A DNA stretch of 64,000 bases from Eledone cirrhosa (lineage: Eukaryota), in contig OZ024757.1 of assembly GCA_964016885.1 (NCBI GenBank), positions 35,340,001 through 35,404,000 of the forward strand, in the 5' to 3' direction. Position 1 is the first letter of the stretch, and the number at the start of each line of letters is the position of its first letter. The notes under the pieces were generated by a model. It was given only the letters and a program-made list of their open reading frames with translations, made no database searches and was not told where the DNA came from. The translations under genes and the position numbers were made by a program. Of this stretch, positions 12,001-25,416 are shown one piece after another.

Positions 12001-12694
12001 TTTGGGTCGATTATTTCTGTAAAATAAACCTAAAAAGATATAGCAAATGCTGCAAACTTTGACATTCTAAAACCTGTATTTTAATGAGATTGGGGACCAT
12101 AGGGAGATATAAAAACTTTGATATTTCAAATCCTAGGGTATACTCTGAGTAAGATAGTTGGATAACATCCATGGGCTTGGCTGGTCTCACTTGGGGATCC
12201 AGCCAGATCAATTGGAGACAGTTGTTTCTGACAGGATCCACTGGAAGGAATGTTTGACGACTCTGACTCTATGACCCTTGCAGGAATAAGTGGGCGAAGA
12301 AAAAGAAGGATGATGATGAGGAGGAGGAAGTGAAGAAAAAGGTGAAAAAGAAGAAGAGGAAGTAGAAGAAAAGTAGAAGAGGCAGAAGACGAGAAGAAGA
12401 AGAAGGAGAGGCCTTGGGTGTATACAAAAGTCAAGACCCACAGACTGCAGCTGAAACTGAACAAGTCAATGAAATTGAAGGAATTCTCAATGCTGAATAA
12501 ATAAGGAATGTAAATAAAATTGTAAATAAAATTTAAGTTTTGTAATATTTGTTTTTTCTTATCTAGCATTTTTAAAGCATTCTTTGAGATTTTTTGGTAT
12601 TTTTGACATTTTTTTTGCATTTTTGTCATTTTTCCAACTGAAATTTAGCTTAAAATTGTAATTGTAACTTGGCAACATGACTCTATACAGTACT

Positions 12695-12898
12695 CTATAC
12701 AGGTGATAGCATGGCTAAGGTGCTGAAATAGCCAAGTACCCTTGTGAGTATCACCTGATATGTCAGCAGCCCAGTTCTACACTGCAGGTGATAACGAGTC
12801 TAAGGTACTGGAATAGCCAAGCACCCTTGTGAGTATCACTTCATGTATCAGCAGCTCAGCTCTATACTGCAGATGATAGCAAGGCTAAGCTGCTGATA
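12695..12898. repeat. 85-bp tandem repeat, about 2.4 diverged copies
   Basis: caggtgata-like starts at 12700, 12785 and 12870. Confidence 0.75.
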
Positions 12899-12905
12899 TC
12901 ATCAG

Positions 12906-12957
12906 TGATTCCTGATGATTTCATACAAATGAAACAGTTCTAGTCCTGTAAAAGTCA
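12906..12957 (+). ncRNA. Hammerhead-like motif, family E (degenerate copies about 18219-18270 and 25672-25720)
   Basis: tgatt-c-CTGATGA-tttcatacaaat-GAAA-cag[ttctagtc]ctg-TA-aaagtca, then AATAAA. Stem II is weak. Confidence 0.5.
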
Positions 12958-13124
12958 TTTGTATATATAATAAAGATGCCTATACTCTACCAATGTATTG
13001 AGTACAAGTTTTAACTGTGGTTAACCCCACCCCCCTCATGCAATTATATATATATATTTAATCACCTAATGAACAACACAATATAATTATATATATATAT
13101 ATATATATCGAGAGAGAGAGAGAG

Positions 13125-13317
13125 AGGAAAAAGTATGACCCCGACGGCAGAGCTCAAGCCGTTTCGAAGGCTATTTCTGTCCAGAAATAGCCGTCGAAAC
13201 GGCTTGAGCTCTGCCGTCAGGGTCATACTTTTTCCTATTTCCCACTCTACTACCCTAAGTATTGAGTACTCTGGTGCGTTATGGTCCATCTGGTTCCTTA
13301 CCACATTTCCTTTGTTT

Positions 13318-13318
<1 letters not shown>
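13125..13318 (+). mobile_element. Hairpin-headed short element, family B (copies 16094-16283 minus, 57293-57477 plus)
   Basis: About 110-bp hairpin plus a shared ~80-bp tail; flanked by (TA)n or (GA)n; three copies. Confidence 0.8.
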
Positions 13319-13355
<37 letters not shown>

Positions 13356-13582
13356 ACACTAGAAGGTAATATCCGTAGTGGTAGAGCACTCAGTCCATGG
13401 GACGAGTTAGGTAGAAGTGGTTACACAACAGTTAGTTCACCATACTGAGAACAATTGTTTCACCTTAGTGGATTCTCAGATATAAATATCTGCCTTCAAG
13501 AAACCACTGGTAAATGAAATAATTATCTTATGTTGTTTATTACATAACTATATATATCTATGTGTGTGTGTGTGTGTGTGTA

Positions 13583-13819
13583 TAGGAGGGCTCAAAAGAA
13601 ACTAGACCATTTTAAGATATAACTTCGCTGCAATTAATTTACAATAAATAAAATGATAGTATATTTTAAAATGGTGTAGTGACTTTTGAGTTACCCTGTA
13701 CACACACATACACATATAAAGGGTATCCCCCCAAATGTATACATACTTCAACAGCTTTCTAATAAATATTGCCTGTACAGGTAATCAAAGCGTGTACACA
13801 TTTTTTGGGACACTCTGTA
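13583..13819. mobile_element. Two adjacent short Tc1-like MITEs
   Basis: Degenerate TIR pairs ending ...ccctgTA (13700) and ...ctctgTA (13819). Confidence 0.5.
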
Positions 13820-13844
13820 TACATACATCACATTTTAAACAAAC

Positions 13845-14030
13845 GTTGATTGGCAGTATCGGTAGAGGGTAGGACACCATGCTTTGCAGCATAGAGTTAC
13901 GGCCCTTTATGATCTGAATTCAAATCTCGCCGAGGTTAACTTTGCCTTTCATCCTTATGGGATCAATAAAATAAAGTACCAGTAATACACTGAATAATTG
14001 CTGACCTTGTGCCAAAAGTAGAAACAATTA
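13845..14030 (+). mobile_element. Meta-domain-like tRNA-SINE. Other copies: 20303-20390, 20600-20825, 21488-21680, 26100-26290(-), 42375-42540, 42770-42910, 51975-52270(-, two), 52378-52510, 60480-60660
   Basis: Recurrent tggcagtatcggtagag...gagttcaaat.ccgccgaggttaactttgcctttcatccttacggggtcgataaaataaagtaccag...gtgccaaaagtagaaacaattatt. Confidence 0.8.
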
Positions 14031-15039
14031 TTTTTTAAAACAAAAATATATTTTTTTAAAGTTTTAATTTTCTAACGAGGCAAGCGACGTTTTAACGACA
14101 CAATGACGCATCACGCAGGTTGTAATGGCCACCCAGCTGATTCAATATCGTGTTTGATTATTTATTAAGCGATTGTATTTTTTTTTAAATGAAAGAACAT
14201 ACGATTTTATTTAATTAATTCATTGGATATTGCCATGTGTAACATCTCCAGAAATATTTATAAGGTAGGACTTGTTATTTATTTTCTATTCGGTTTATAT
14301 ATATATGTACCTATGTCTTTCGAATTTATTTTTGTAAACCAGACAGTTTGTCACCACCTGTTGTTTGGGTTTTTGTGAGGAATTTAAAAACACCGATAGT
14401 TCGGAGTTTGATTCTTTGTAGCGGCTGCTGACTAATTTTTCCTCATCTATAAAAATATTTTATCTGATTTTCTAAATTATTATTTATAACAATCTACTGA
14501 TGACATAAGTGTATTGCTGCTTCAGTCATTTTTCGAAGTGCAGAAGTTCATAATTTTCCGACAAAAATAACTAATTCTTTGACAAAAATGATGAATTTTC
14601 CGATAAGAATGACTAAATTTTCCGACAACAATCTTCTGGGGTGTGCAGCTGCACCTCCACGCCAAGGGTGGTGGTGCAAATTGGTCACTTTAGTTGTAGT
14701 GATTAGTTTAGTTATCAAATATCAACCAGTATATATGAAAAAAAAAAACTTCGATAAACATAACCTGTACATAAATTGTAGCGTATATACAAACAGATGT
14801 GAGTCTTGGATTATTGGAGGGAGTCATCCTCCACCATATTTCCACCGTACCTGCAAGCACGCCCAGCAATACAATTATTCAGTAATTATCTGCGATAGAG
14901 GTTTAGAAAGAATTTCAATCCACCCAACAATCCGATAGTTCAACCCAGAACAACGTTGTTGCAAATCGAACGTTTTAACTAGAGATATATATGTCTGTGC
15001 TTGTGTGTGTGTCTATATATGAATACACAGTGACACTTA

Positions 15040-15775
15040 TCTTATAATCTACAGTTGTTGTCTTCCTGTTTATTCTACAACAACTACAACGGTACGCGAT
15101 GGGGCCCACCCACAGCCCCGGCGGACATAATGGAGAAGGCGTTTCCCCGGAGGATGGCGAGGGAGACGCGCTGGAAGAGCCACTCCAACTCGCGGGGCTC
15201 ACACCTGCGGCTGGCAAGCTCAGCGCCTATGGTGGTGAGTAAGGAGGTAGACCTGGGGCCGAGGACACCAGAAGTCTCCACTGCCAGGGGTACGACCGCA
15301 AACCTGTCGGAGAGCGACCGGTATTTGAGGAGTTTGGCCCCCTCAGCCCGACGTGCAGCAGAACCTGGGTCAGTCGCAGACTGTACCAGGTTGCGGCTGC
15401 AGAAAGTGTCAATGCAAGTGGCATCCCAGACGAGGGGTTTGCCACCGCGGAACGGGAAGATGGTCATGCCATCTGGCTTTTTGCCGTCCCCTCGATCCAG
15501 CCCCACCGGCTCGAGCTGGGAAGGGAAGCCTGCAGCGTCCAAGTCATGCTTAATGACCTCGTTGAGGGCAGCATGGCGTGGAATGCGGCCGGCCCTGTGG
15601 CGACTGGAAAGCGGGTGGAGGCCGAAAGAGTCCACGATGGAACCGCAGCGACATTGGTGTGGCTGGCAGATCCGGAGGCCGAGCCTCAGGGAAACGCCGA
15701 TGCGCAGGCTATGGTTGTCTAGCTGTGTGCCAGTGGAGAAGGAGGGCAGGGCACGGAGCCAGGCACCACTGTGGG
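15040..15775 (-). mobile_element. CRE-clade non-LTR retrotransposon 3' fragment (Zn knuckle + restriction-like endonuclease)
   Basis: CRCG..D..GLH, RH..LN, KPDG..WDAT, AE..K..KY, PLAVETSG and QRVSLAILRGNA; GC-rich island in AT-rich DNA. Confidence 0.85.
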
Positions 15776-16418
15776 GTTTGGAGGCCGCACGAAAACAAGC
15801 AAGTGAGCTTCGAAATGTTTATATACAGTGGCGTATTGCTGGGGATGAAGCTACAACACTCCGAATGTTGTCAGAAAATTATGAACCTAACAAAAATGAT
15901 GTTAACAAATGAAAAATATTCTCATAATCAAAATATATGATTTGATATATGGCCTACCGCTACAGTCTTGATTATTCAATTCCAGTATTGGCAGTGATTT
16001 ATTTCATCAAATCTCAACGTTTATATACCACAAATAATATGATAAACTTAAAGAAGAAAAGGACGTAGGGCAAATTATATATATATATATATATAACGAA
16101 GGAAATATGGCAAGGAACCAGGTGGACCATAACGCACCAAAGTACTCAATACCTAGGGTAGTAGAGTGGGTAATAGGAACGAGTAGGACCCCGACGGCTG
16201 AGCTCAAGCCGTTTTGACGGCTAATTCCAGAATTAGCCGTCGAAACGGCTTGAGCTCAGCCGTCGGGGTCCTACTCGTTCCTATATATATATATATATAT
16301 ATATCCAGGGAGTGTAACTTGGAGTTACTGTAGGTTCACCCGGGTGAGCACTCGATGTTTAGGTTCACTTCAGTGTTGAGGTGTAGAGCTAGACAGAGTG
16401 TATTATAGTGAAACAAAG

Positions 16419-16843
16419 ACGATTGGTTATTCCTTCATTACATTTATTGGTTGGTGACGCGCGTTTCGCCACTGATCAGCTCAAGGTTCGATCTGTATCG
16501 ATCTTACCCGACTCTGTAATCTGCGGCTCGATGGACCCCTTGAAATGCTAGTAGAAAATGAATACATGCTGTATGATAAAGTCAGAAGTTCATATGTTGG
16601 TCAATAAAGATTGTTTTGATTGGTGGATTAGTTCATAGGGATGTTTTTGCCTAAATCAAAACAAACTTGATTGACCAACATATGAACTTCTGACTTTATC
16701 ATACAGCATGTATTCATTTTCTACTATCATTTCAAGGGGTCCATCGAGCCGCAGATTACAGAGTCGGGTAAGATCGATCCAGATCGAACCTTGAGCTGAT
16801 CAGTGGCGAAACGCGCGCACCAATCAATAAAGTAACCAATCGT
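16419..16843. repeat. Long inverted repeat (about 200-bp arms, 30-bp spacer) carrying hammerhead 3'-half motifs
   Basis: Arms are near-identical reverse complements; ggc-GAAA-cgcgcg-TC-accaacc-AATAAA on the minus strand of the left arm. Confidence 0.85.
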
Positions 16844-17887
16844 ACTTGCTCTCTTTTCACTATATATATATATATCTATACGGGATAATAGGTTATCGTT
16901 ATTCTTATTATTATTATGAACATCTCAATGTATCCCTAATATTATTCATGTTCTTTTTTCTCTACCATGCATATTTTACTATTTTATTACCTTTATTGTT
17001 TCTATTATTGTTGTTATTACTGTCTTATTTATACACGATTGGTTATTGATGCTGTGAAAACTAACCCCCCCCCCCCCCCCCCCTTGATTCGAACTAACAA
17101 TCCCTACCTTTAGTATAGGCCACTTAAATCACGAATCTACAACTCCACTTAACACCACAAAAAAACACCATCCTCACTAAATTAATAAAACGAAAATGTT
17201 TATCTGTCAAACAACAAGTAAATCTCCGGTTTATTGCCAGCATACCTACAGCATAGCAGATACCTCATAAATCCTGACTCCAAGTACATTTTAGTGGTTA
17301 CTGTTATCTAGTCGCCACCTTAACACTATATCTAATGTACCCTATAGCAGTTTTCACATGTCAATTTCATACATTTATATCATACCAGTTTGTTTAACAT
17401 GCTAGATTCATCATTATACTCTATTTCTTACTTCTATTGATGTTATTATTTAACTATTTGCTATCTAATTATTTTATTTTATTATTGATATTATTGTTCT
17501 GGTTTAATACCACACCTATATAAAAGCCATGCTTTGTGTATCTTCTTCATTTCGCGTTTTAAGAAGGAAGATCATTTTAAAAAATTTAAATTTAAAATAC
17601 TCAGTAAATAATAGGATCATTTTAAAGGTGTATAAGATATAGTCAAGTGTAATGAATATCATAAATTAAAAATACTTCTGAAAGTGGAATTTTGGCGATG
17701 TCTGCAACTAGAAAATAATTCTGTTTTAAGATTAATAGAGTTTTGACAGTTAATTATATAAAAAAAATGTCCTCGATACACAATTTACAGAATCTTGAGA
17801 AAGCCATATTTCGGTATACAGGTGCTTTCGAAATCGTTCCCCAAGATATTGAATAGTCTATACTGTTGTCTTTTAAAACAAACTTTG

Positions 17888-17948
17888 TATTTTATCTGAT
17901 GAAAGCGTACCAAAATTTTGGTACCCTTGAAATATATATAATAGAATA
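17888..17948 (+). ncRNA. Minimal type-I hammerhead, family A
   Basis: tattttat-CTGATGA-aagc-gtaccaaaattttggtac-cctt-GAAA-tatata-TA-atagaata. Confidence 0.8.
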
Positions 17949-18087
17949 AATATGGTTTTATAAATATAATTTCCATTTATTTAATATTATTGAATATTAT
18001 ATTCCAGAAAATTCTGTCGAGTGCTCTGAATCAGTTATAAACATTTATATTTGTTGAATTACCAACAAATTGAATATCCCTTTTGCT

Positions 18088-18119
<32 letters not shown>

Positions 18120-18426
18120 CAAAATCAATAAACATAATGAAGGCATAACAAATCGTCCTTGTATTATGATATTTACACTCTGTTTATAACTTATCAATAG
18201 CTATAGATATATATATAGGACTTTGCTGATAATTTCATACAAATGAAACAGTTCTAGTCCTGTAGAAGTCATTTGTATATATAATAAAGATGCCTATACT
18301 CTACCAACGTATTGAGTATCTTTTTTAACTGTGCTTACCATACGTCATAGGAACCTACATGTTACCCAGCACCCAACTGGGCCCTTTACAACTTCGCAAC
18401 CCTCGTGATGGAATCATGATATACTC

Positions 18427-18477
<51 letters not shown>

Positions 18478-19305
18478 GAATTACGACAATTTCAAATCAC
18501 ATAAGCGCTTCGATAATTTATAATACACATGTACGCGCGCGCGCACACACGCATAATTATTGTTATACTTTGGGAGGGTCATGCTGCCAATAAGAACACA
18601 CGCACCTCTTGGTTTTCACTTCAATTTATCATAAATTTCCTGTAGATTGCTTCTCTCTCTGTATATATATATATATGCACACAACATTTATCGAAAATCA
18701 TTGAAACCCTCTAGAAATCTGTGTTGTTTCTGAAGTAACCAAATTGAAATAGTGGCTGATGTTGGTGGCTGAATTATGTGGGGTGTCTGTGAAAATGAAA
18801 AGTAGGTCTTGAAACGGCCATAAATTTAGTATTTTCTCATTATAAACAATTGTAACGATACTTTAAATGATTTAATGATGTTATATCGTTGTAGTAAATA
18901 CTGACAACCTGCGGTTTCCAATACACCCCACCCCACATACATATTTGTATGTATGTTCTTCTGGTTTTATAATTTCACAAATTTTTGCCAATAGAGAGAG
19001 TGTCGGTTTCTAACATAGACACAAGACTCTCTCATTGGAATTTACACAACATCAACTAGGTAGATATGTATGTATGCATGCATGTGTAGATATGGATGTA
19101 TATGTTTCGAGTTGTATGTGTGCATGTGTATATGCTTTGTACCTGTACATGTGTATATGCAGTTATTAGAGGCACAATTTTTGGAATGTTTTACATATTT
19201 TTCTGTTCCATTAATGGATTGTACTTGTAATTTCCTAACTAATTGTGTTCTTTCTGTTTCTGTGAAGTCCAGCTTCTCAAGATTTGTATTGAGGCACTTA
19301 CTAAC

Positions 19306-19336
<31 letters not shown>

Positions 19337-19364
19337 TGTATGTATGTATGTATGTATGTATCTT

Positions 19365-19905
19365 ACATGTTACCAGTAGCACTTAAGAGTGAACCGACAG
19401 AACAACCTGTCGCATGGTCGGGTTGTTGGCGACTAAACCGGCAACCCCACCAAGTTTACTTGGTGAGGAGGGTGATTTTGGACACCCTGCAGGACAAAAA
19501 ACAAAACCTGACAAAGGGCGGAAGAACTCATAAAAGTCAACGGCCATCCAAAATGTGTAAATATGTATATACACAGGTACATATGTATGTATATGTATAT
19601 GTGTATATACATGGGTGCATGTGTATGTATATGCGCGGGGACATAGAAATAGTCGGGCTGGACACCCGATCGCGCGGTTAAACCACTGGGAGTGAAGGAC
19701 CCCTAGCCTTTGTCAGGGTATTCTTCTTGGAGAAGGCAACTCAGAAAACTGGGATAACTCCGATATAAAACCTGCGGCTCAGTAGTTACCGATGATGTTG
19801 ATATTTTCTTTTCGGGTTATAGCTACTGTCGCTCAGAGAGTGGGATTGGCTCAGTGCACAGTCTTTCCTCACTTTAAAAAAATATCTTCACGCACAGGCA
19901 TTGCA
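19365..19905 (+). repeat. Dispersed repeat, possibly a LINE 5'UTR-derived element (copy 44435-44808)
   Basis: Shared acaacctgtc.catggtcgg..gttggcgactaaac.ggcaaccccacc...gcacaggcattgc; this copy is interrupted by a microsatellite. Confidence 0.65.
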
Positions 19906-21298
19906 CGATAGAATTAATTAATAATTATTGATAATGGTATATCGTGCAATGGCCATACTCGATAACGAGGGGGGCCAGCCATTATGTATGTATCTACATA
20001 TGTATGTATGATGTATATGTACGTATGTATGTATATATGTATATATATCATGGACATACACATATATATGTTTATACAAACAGTAAACAGAAACAACAAA
20101 GCAAACAATACAATGCAATGAAGAAATATATTAGTTTAACATTTGATATAGTAGGAAAGGTGTCTTAACGTTTCGGACACTAGTCCTTCATCAGAGGGTA
20201 AAATGAGAAATAAAAGACGGAATAGAAAGATGGAGTGAGAAGAGGAAGAAACGGAAAATGAATTATTTTTTTAGAAAATCACGTGTGTATTCAGTCAGCC
20301 CATTCATCCTTACGGGGTCGATAAAATAAAGTACCAGTAATACACTGCGATAATTGCTGGCCTTGTGCCAAAAGTAGAAACAATTATACTAGCTGGCTTC
20401 GTGCCGTGAAAAATGACAGCTAATTGTAATATCTATACATAATATAAAAAAGTTTGTCATCACCCCTTCCTTCCTCAGTCATCTCTAGTGTATGACGGAC
20501 AAATACACAATGGCTTTTATTATATTACTGATAAAGTACCAGTAATACACTGGGTAATTGCTGGCCTTGTGCCAAAAGTAGAAAATTATATTACTGATAA
20601 AGGTGGTGGATTGGCAGTATCAGTAGGGGGTCGGACGCCATGCTTTGCAGCATAGAGTTACTGTCCTTTACGCTCTGAGTTCAAATTCTGCCGAGGTTAA
20701 CTTTGCTTTTCATTATTACGGGGTTGATAAAACAAAGTACCAGTAATGAACTGGGGTCGATTTAATCGACTTTCCCCTCCCTCAAATTGCTGGTCTTGTG
20801 CCTATATAAGAAACCATTATATTACTAATATATATATATATATATATATATGGGATAAGTTATCGTTATAGGTAATCCAGTTAGAGGTTGTGAGTACTCT
20901 GTGTTGTGGATAGTTTTAACGTACGGCTTTGTTTGACTCGACAAGATGTTTCCATAGTTAGGCAGCGAGTTCGCGGTAATTCCTATGTAGGTTATACTTA
21001 GAATAATAATAGTGAAAGAATGAAGAGTAACATGGTTGGCTGTACAACAAGGGGTTTTATTTCAGGTATTAACAATTGTTTCATTGATCAGGTGAGTCTC
21101 GAGGCCGCTAATCGCTCGAAGTTGCGTAACTCGATCTTCATTACATTATTTACCTGGTGTATTTATTGACGTTGGATTTTAAAATCCAACGTCAATAAAT
21201 ACACCAGGATTTTTTCATTCTGATGATTGAAAGCAACATTTTTTTGCTTTTAAGAAACCACTGGTAAATGAAATAATTGCCTTATGTTGTTTATTACA

Positions 21299-21344
<46 letters not shown>

Positions 21345-21687
21345 GATAAATCTACCAAAAGTTTACGGTAGTGTCCAATCCGTATGCCAATTCTAACACA
21401 TATATGTCCTAGAAACGATCGTTAAATAATGAACTTTTTTTGTTTAATATAAGGAACTGTTTCTTTGTTTTATTCATTATTTTTTAAGGGTGGTGCATTG
21501 GCAGTATCGGTAGAGGGTCGGATACCATGCTTTGACGCATAGAGTTACGGCCCTTGCCATTCTGAGTTCAAATCCCGCCGAGGTTAACTTTGCCTTTCAT
21601 CCTTACGGGGTCGATAAAATAAAGTACCAGTAATGCACTGGGATAATTGCTGGCCTTGTGCCAAAAGTAGAAACAATTATTTTTTAA

Positions 21688-21742
<55 letters not shown>

Positions 21743-22164
21743 CTGTATTTATGGACCAACGTCACTCTCCAACACTGACTTGTATTTCCGTCTTTCGTTT
21801 TAATGTTTTGCATTTCCTATTTTCTACCAACCACCTGTGAAGATTATCTCAGCTGCACCTTCTTAGCCCTCTCAACCTCCATCATCACTATCTCCCATTC
21901 CTCTACTTATCAGATCAATAAACAACGACTTAAAGCAAAGAAACCTACTTCAGTGTTTAATAATTCCAACACGTCCGTCGTAGTCAGAGAGTTGTTAGTT
22001 CAATAGGAGGGAGGCGAGTTGTGGGTAGAGGCGGAGAGAAGGAAAAAATAGGGGTTGTGGTGGGGCGGATTAAAAACGCCGCCAAAATCATAAAAACAAA
22101 AAAAGTAAAACGTGTGTGCATACATTTATACATTTCCAATTTTTTTTATTGTATGTTTACCCCC

Positions 22165-22414
22165 CACCGCCACCACCACCACCACCATCATTACCACCAT
22201 CACCACCGCCACTATCACCACCACTGCCACCACCACCACCGCCACCACAACCATCATTACAACCATCATCACCATCACCACCGCCACCACCTCCACCATC
22301 ACTTCCACCACCACCACCACCACCATCACTGCCACCACCACTACCATATAAGAAGAATAGGATAAAGACCACAAAAAACAATACGAACAGTAGGGAAAAC
22401 AATGAGAACAAAAG

Positions 22415-22445
<31 letters not shown>

Positions 22446-23450
22446 GTGTGTGTGTGTACAAATATATATATAAATATACATACATATATATATATATGCA
22501 CACATATATATACACGTGTGTGTATAAATATATATATATATATACATATAAGTAGAGAAAGACAAAACCAATAAACGAAAACAAATATGTGAATAAAACC
22601 AAAAACTATTGACAAAAAAATAACATAAAATAAAATGGAAATTTCTCAAAAACAAAATAACAAAAAATGAACAGAAGAAACAAAATAACAAAAACATACT
22701 TTTTTTCTTTGTTTTTCTTCTTTTTCCTCCTTTCCTTCTTCTTTTTCCTCTTCTTCTCTGGCTTGCTCCTTCCCAGAAAGTTAATGAAGGAACCGTAACA
22801 GATATTTATTTATTTCGAGGGTAAATAAGATAATTATTAAGTTACTGCTGCTGCTGTTGGCGGTGGTGGTGGTAGTAGTGGTACTGGTGGTGGTAGTGCT
22901 AGTGGTGGTGGTCGTGGTAGTGGTGGTGGTCGTGGTACTGATGGTGGCGGTGGCACTGATAGTGGTAGTGATGGTGGTAGTGGTAGTGGTGGTGCTGGTA
23001 GTGGTAGTAGTGGTACTGATGGTGGTACTGGTGGTGGTGGTGGTATTGGTGGAGGTGGTGGTTGTAGTGGTGGTGGTAGTAGTGGTGGTGGTAGTGATGG
23101 TGGTGGAAGTGGTGGTGGTGGTACTGATGGTGGTACTGGCGGTGGTACTGGTGGTGGTGGTGGTGGTGGTATTGGTGGAGGTGGTGGTTGTAGTGGTGGT
23201 GGTAGTAGTGGTGGTGGTAGTGATGGTGGTGGAATTGGTAGTGGTGGTGGTCGCGGTGGTGGTGGTGGTACTGGTGGTGGTGGTACTGATGGTGGTACTG
23301 GCGGTGGTACTGGTGGTGGTGGTGGTGGTGGTGGTATTGGTGGAGGTGGTGGTTGTAGTGGTGGTGGTAGTAGTGGTGGTGGTAGTGATGGTGGTGGGAT
23401 TGGTGGTGGTGGTGGTACTGGTGGTGGTGGTAGTGGTAGTGGTGGTGTTG
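22165..23450. repeat. Trinucleotide arrays (CAC)n at 22165-22347 and (GGT/AGT)n at 22855-23450
   Basis: Directly visible; source of the poly-H/P/T/V pseudo-ORFs. Confidence 0.9.
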
Positions 23451-23736
23451 GGGATTAGCAAGCAATAAAATACGTGTCGGAAATGTATAAACACACTCAC
23501 ACATTCTCATACATACATACATACATACATACATACATACATGATGTCTGCCCCCTCGTTATCGAGTATGGCCATTGCACGAGAAAAAAAAATATATATA
23601 TATACATTAATAACAATAATAATAAAAAAATAATAATAATAACAACAACAATAATAATATACATATATATATATATACACACACACACGCGCACATACAT
23701 AAACATATCTATACACACACACACACACGATAGCAA

Positions 23737-24918
23737 CTAACAGCGCTGCGATCGAATGTGGCTTTTTATCCCAGCCAATGATCTAAAATGTCTTGCACAG
23801 AGTCGGCAACCAAAACATTCACTGGGAATAGTCGGCTGTGGTTGGAGTTCATGTACTTTTGCATGTCGCTTGAGCCCTCCTGCTGATTTACATTCTCGAC
23901 CACATGCTTGGCAAGCATGATGAGTAGCATCTCCAACAGCAGCCTGGTAGTCAACCACTGGACTTACTTTATGACTGCGAAGATGACTTTCGAGTCCAGC
24001 TTTGCTTAGGCAGAGTCTCGCACAGACGCTGCATGTCAGCACCATAGGAGGACCCTCGCCGTCTGGAAGTGAAACAGCAATGCCCTTCCTCACATCCCGC
24101 TTTACTTTCTCGTATGCGATTCGAGATGCCTCAAAGGCAACTTTTCCCTCATATACTACAGTCTTTCTCCATTTATTACGATCAGCAGCAATATTTTCCC
24201 ATGAATCAGTAGAGATGTTAGCGTCTTTCAAAGAGGCTTTCAAAAAATCCTTATACCTCTTTTTTTGGTTTATGTGGCGGTCGTTTTCCTTTAACTAACT
24301 CTCCATAAAAGAGTTGTTTTGGTATTCTAGAATCCTTCATCCTGGCCAGGTGACCACTCCAACGGAGTCGTTGCTTAAGCCCAAGAGCTTCTATACTGTC
24401 ACACATAGAGCTTTCCAAAATCTCGATATCACTAATGTGGTCCCTCCAGTGAACGCCATGGATCCGTCTGCGACACATCTGATGGAAACGCTCCAATTGC
24501 TTAAGGTGGTGTCGATATGTGACCCAGGTCTCGCAGGCATAAAGAAGAGAAGAGAGCACACATGCCTTGTACACCCTTACCTTTGTCTTCTTGCTTATGT
24601 CTCGCCGACCCCAGAGTCGCCTTTCTAGCTTTCCGAAAGCATCACTTGCTTTCCTAATCCTAAGTGAGATTTCACTATCAAGGTTGCCGTATCGATTGAC
24701 AGTGCTTCCCAGGTAGACAAACTGATCAACCACTCCAAGTCGTTTACCATACACATAGATATTTGGTTCAGTGTACTGCTTACCAGGGGCAGGTTGGTAC
24801 ATGACGACGGTTTTCTTGAGACTGACAGTCAATCCTAGGACAGTGCAAGCGTCAGAAAATGCATTAAAAATGTGCTGCATATCATTCTCTGTGTGCGCTA
24901 CAAGATCGCAATCATCTG

Positions 24919-24923
<5 letters not shown>
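23737..24923 (-). mobile_element. RTE-clade LINE 3' portion (RT from YADD onward, thumb, three C2H2 zinc fingers), one frameshift
   Basis: YADDCDL, FVYLGS, LLYACETW, LRWSGH and PKQLFYGEL. Frameshift near 24255, then CSVC..H..H, CQAC..H..H and CRLC..H; stop at 23737. Confidence 0.9.
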
Positions 24924-24950
<27 letters not shown>

Positions 24951-24964
24951 CAGTATATATATAC

Positions 24965-25024
<60 letters not shown>

Positions 25025-25028
<4 letters not shown>

Positions 25029-25273
25029 GGAATAGAATGAAACGAAATTTCATTTCTCACTCTTAGTACGGCACTTACTTAAATGTAAGTATGTATGTAT
25101 ACGTACATACATATATGTATACAGACGTACAGTAGCATGTATATATATACATACAGGCACACATATATATATATATGCACGTATCAGTTTACCGAACATT
25201 TATTATAATGCTCGGTTTGTTCGTTTGTAAACAAACAAACAGCCTGAATTACGCCGTACAGTGTTTAGGCAAC
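25025..25273. repeat. (TA)n-embedded dispersed repeat; the copy at 51101-51340 has the second block inverted
   Basis: Block 1 (25025-25083) is direct with 51101-51160; block 2 (25087-25273) is the reverse complement of 51175-51340. Confidence 0.8.
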
Positions 25274-25291
25274 CATATATACATACATACT

Positions 25292-25343
<52 letters not shown>

Positions 25344-25416
25344 GTTAATCTCAAACGGAACTTGAACCGTTAAGGTCTGATTCCTGGATATGTCACTATT
25401 TATAAAACAAATTTTG

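Noticed and set aside
15055-15912. 285-aa plus-strand ORF
   Set aside because: Antisense shadow of the GC-rich CRE fragment.
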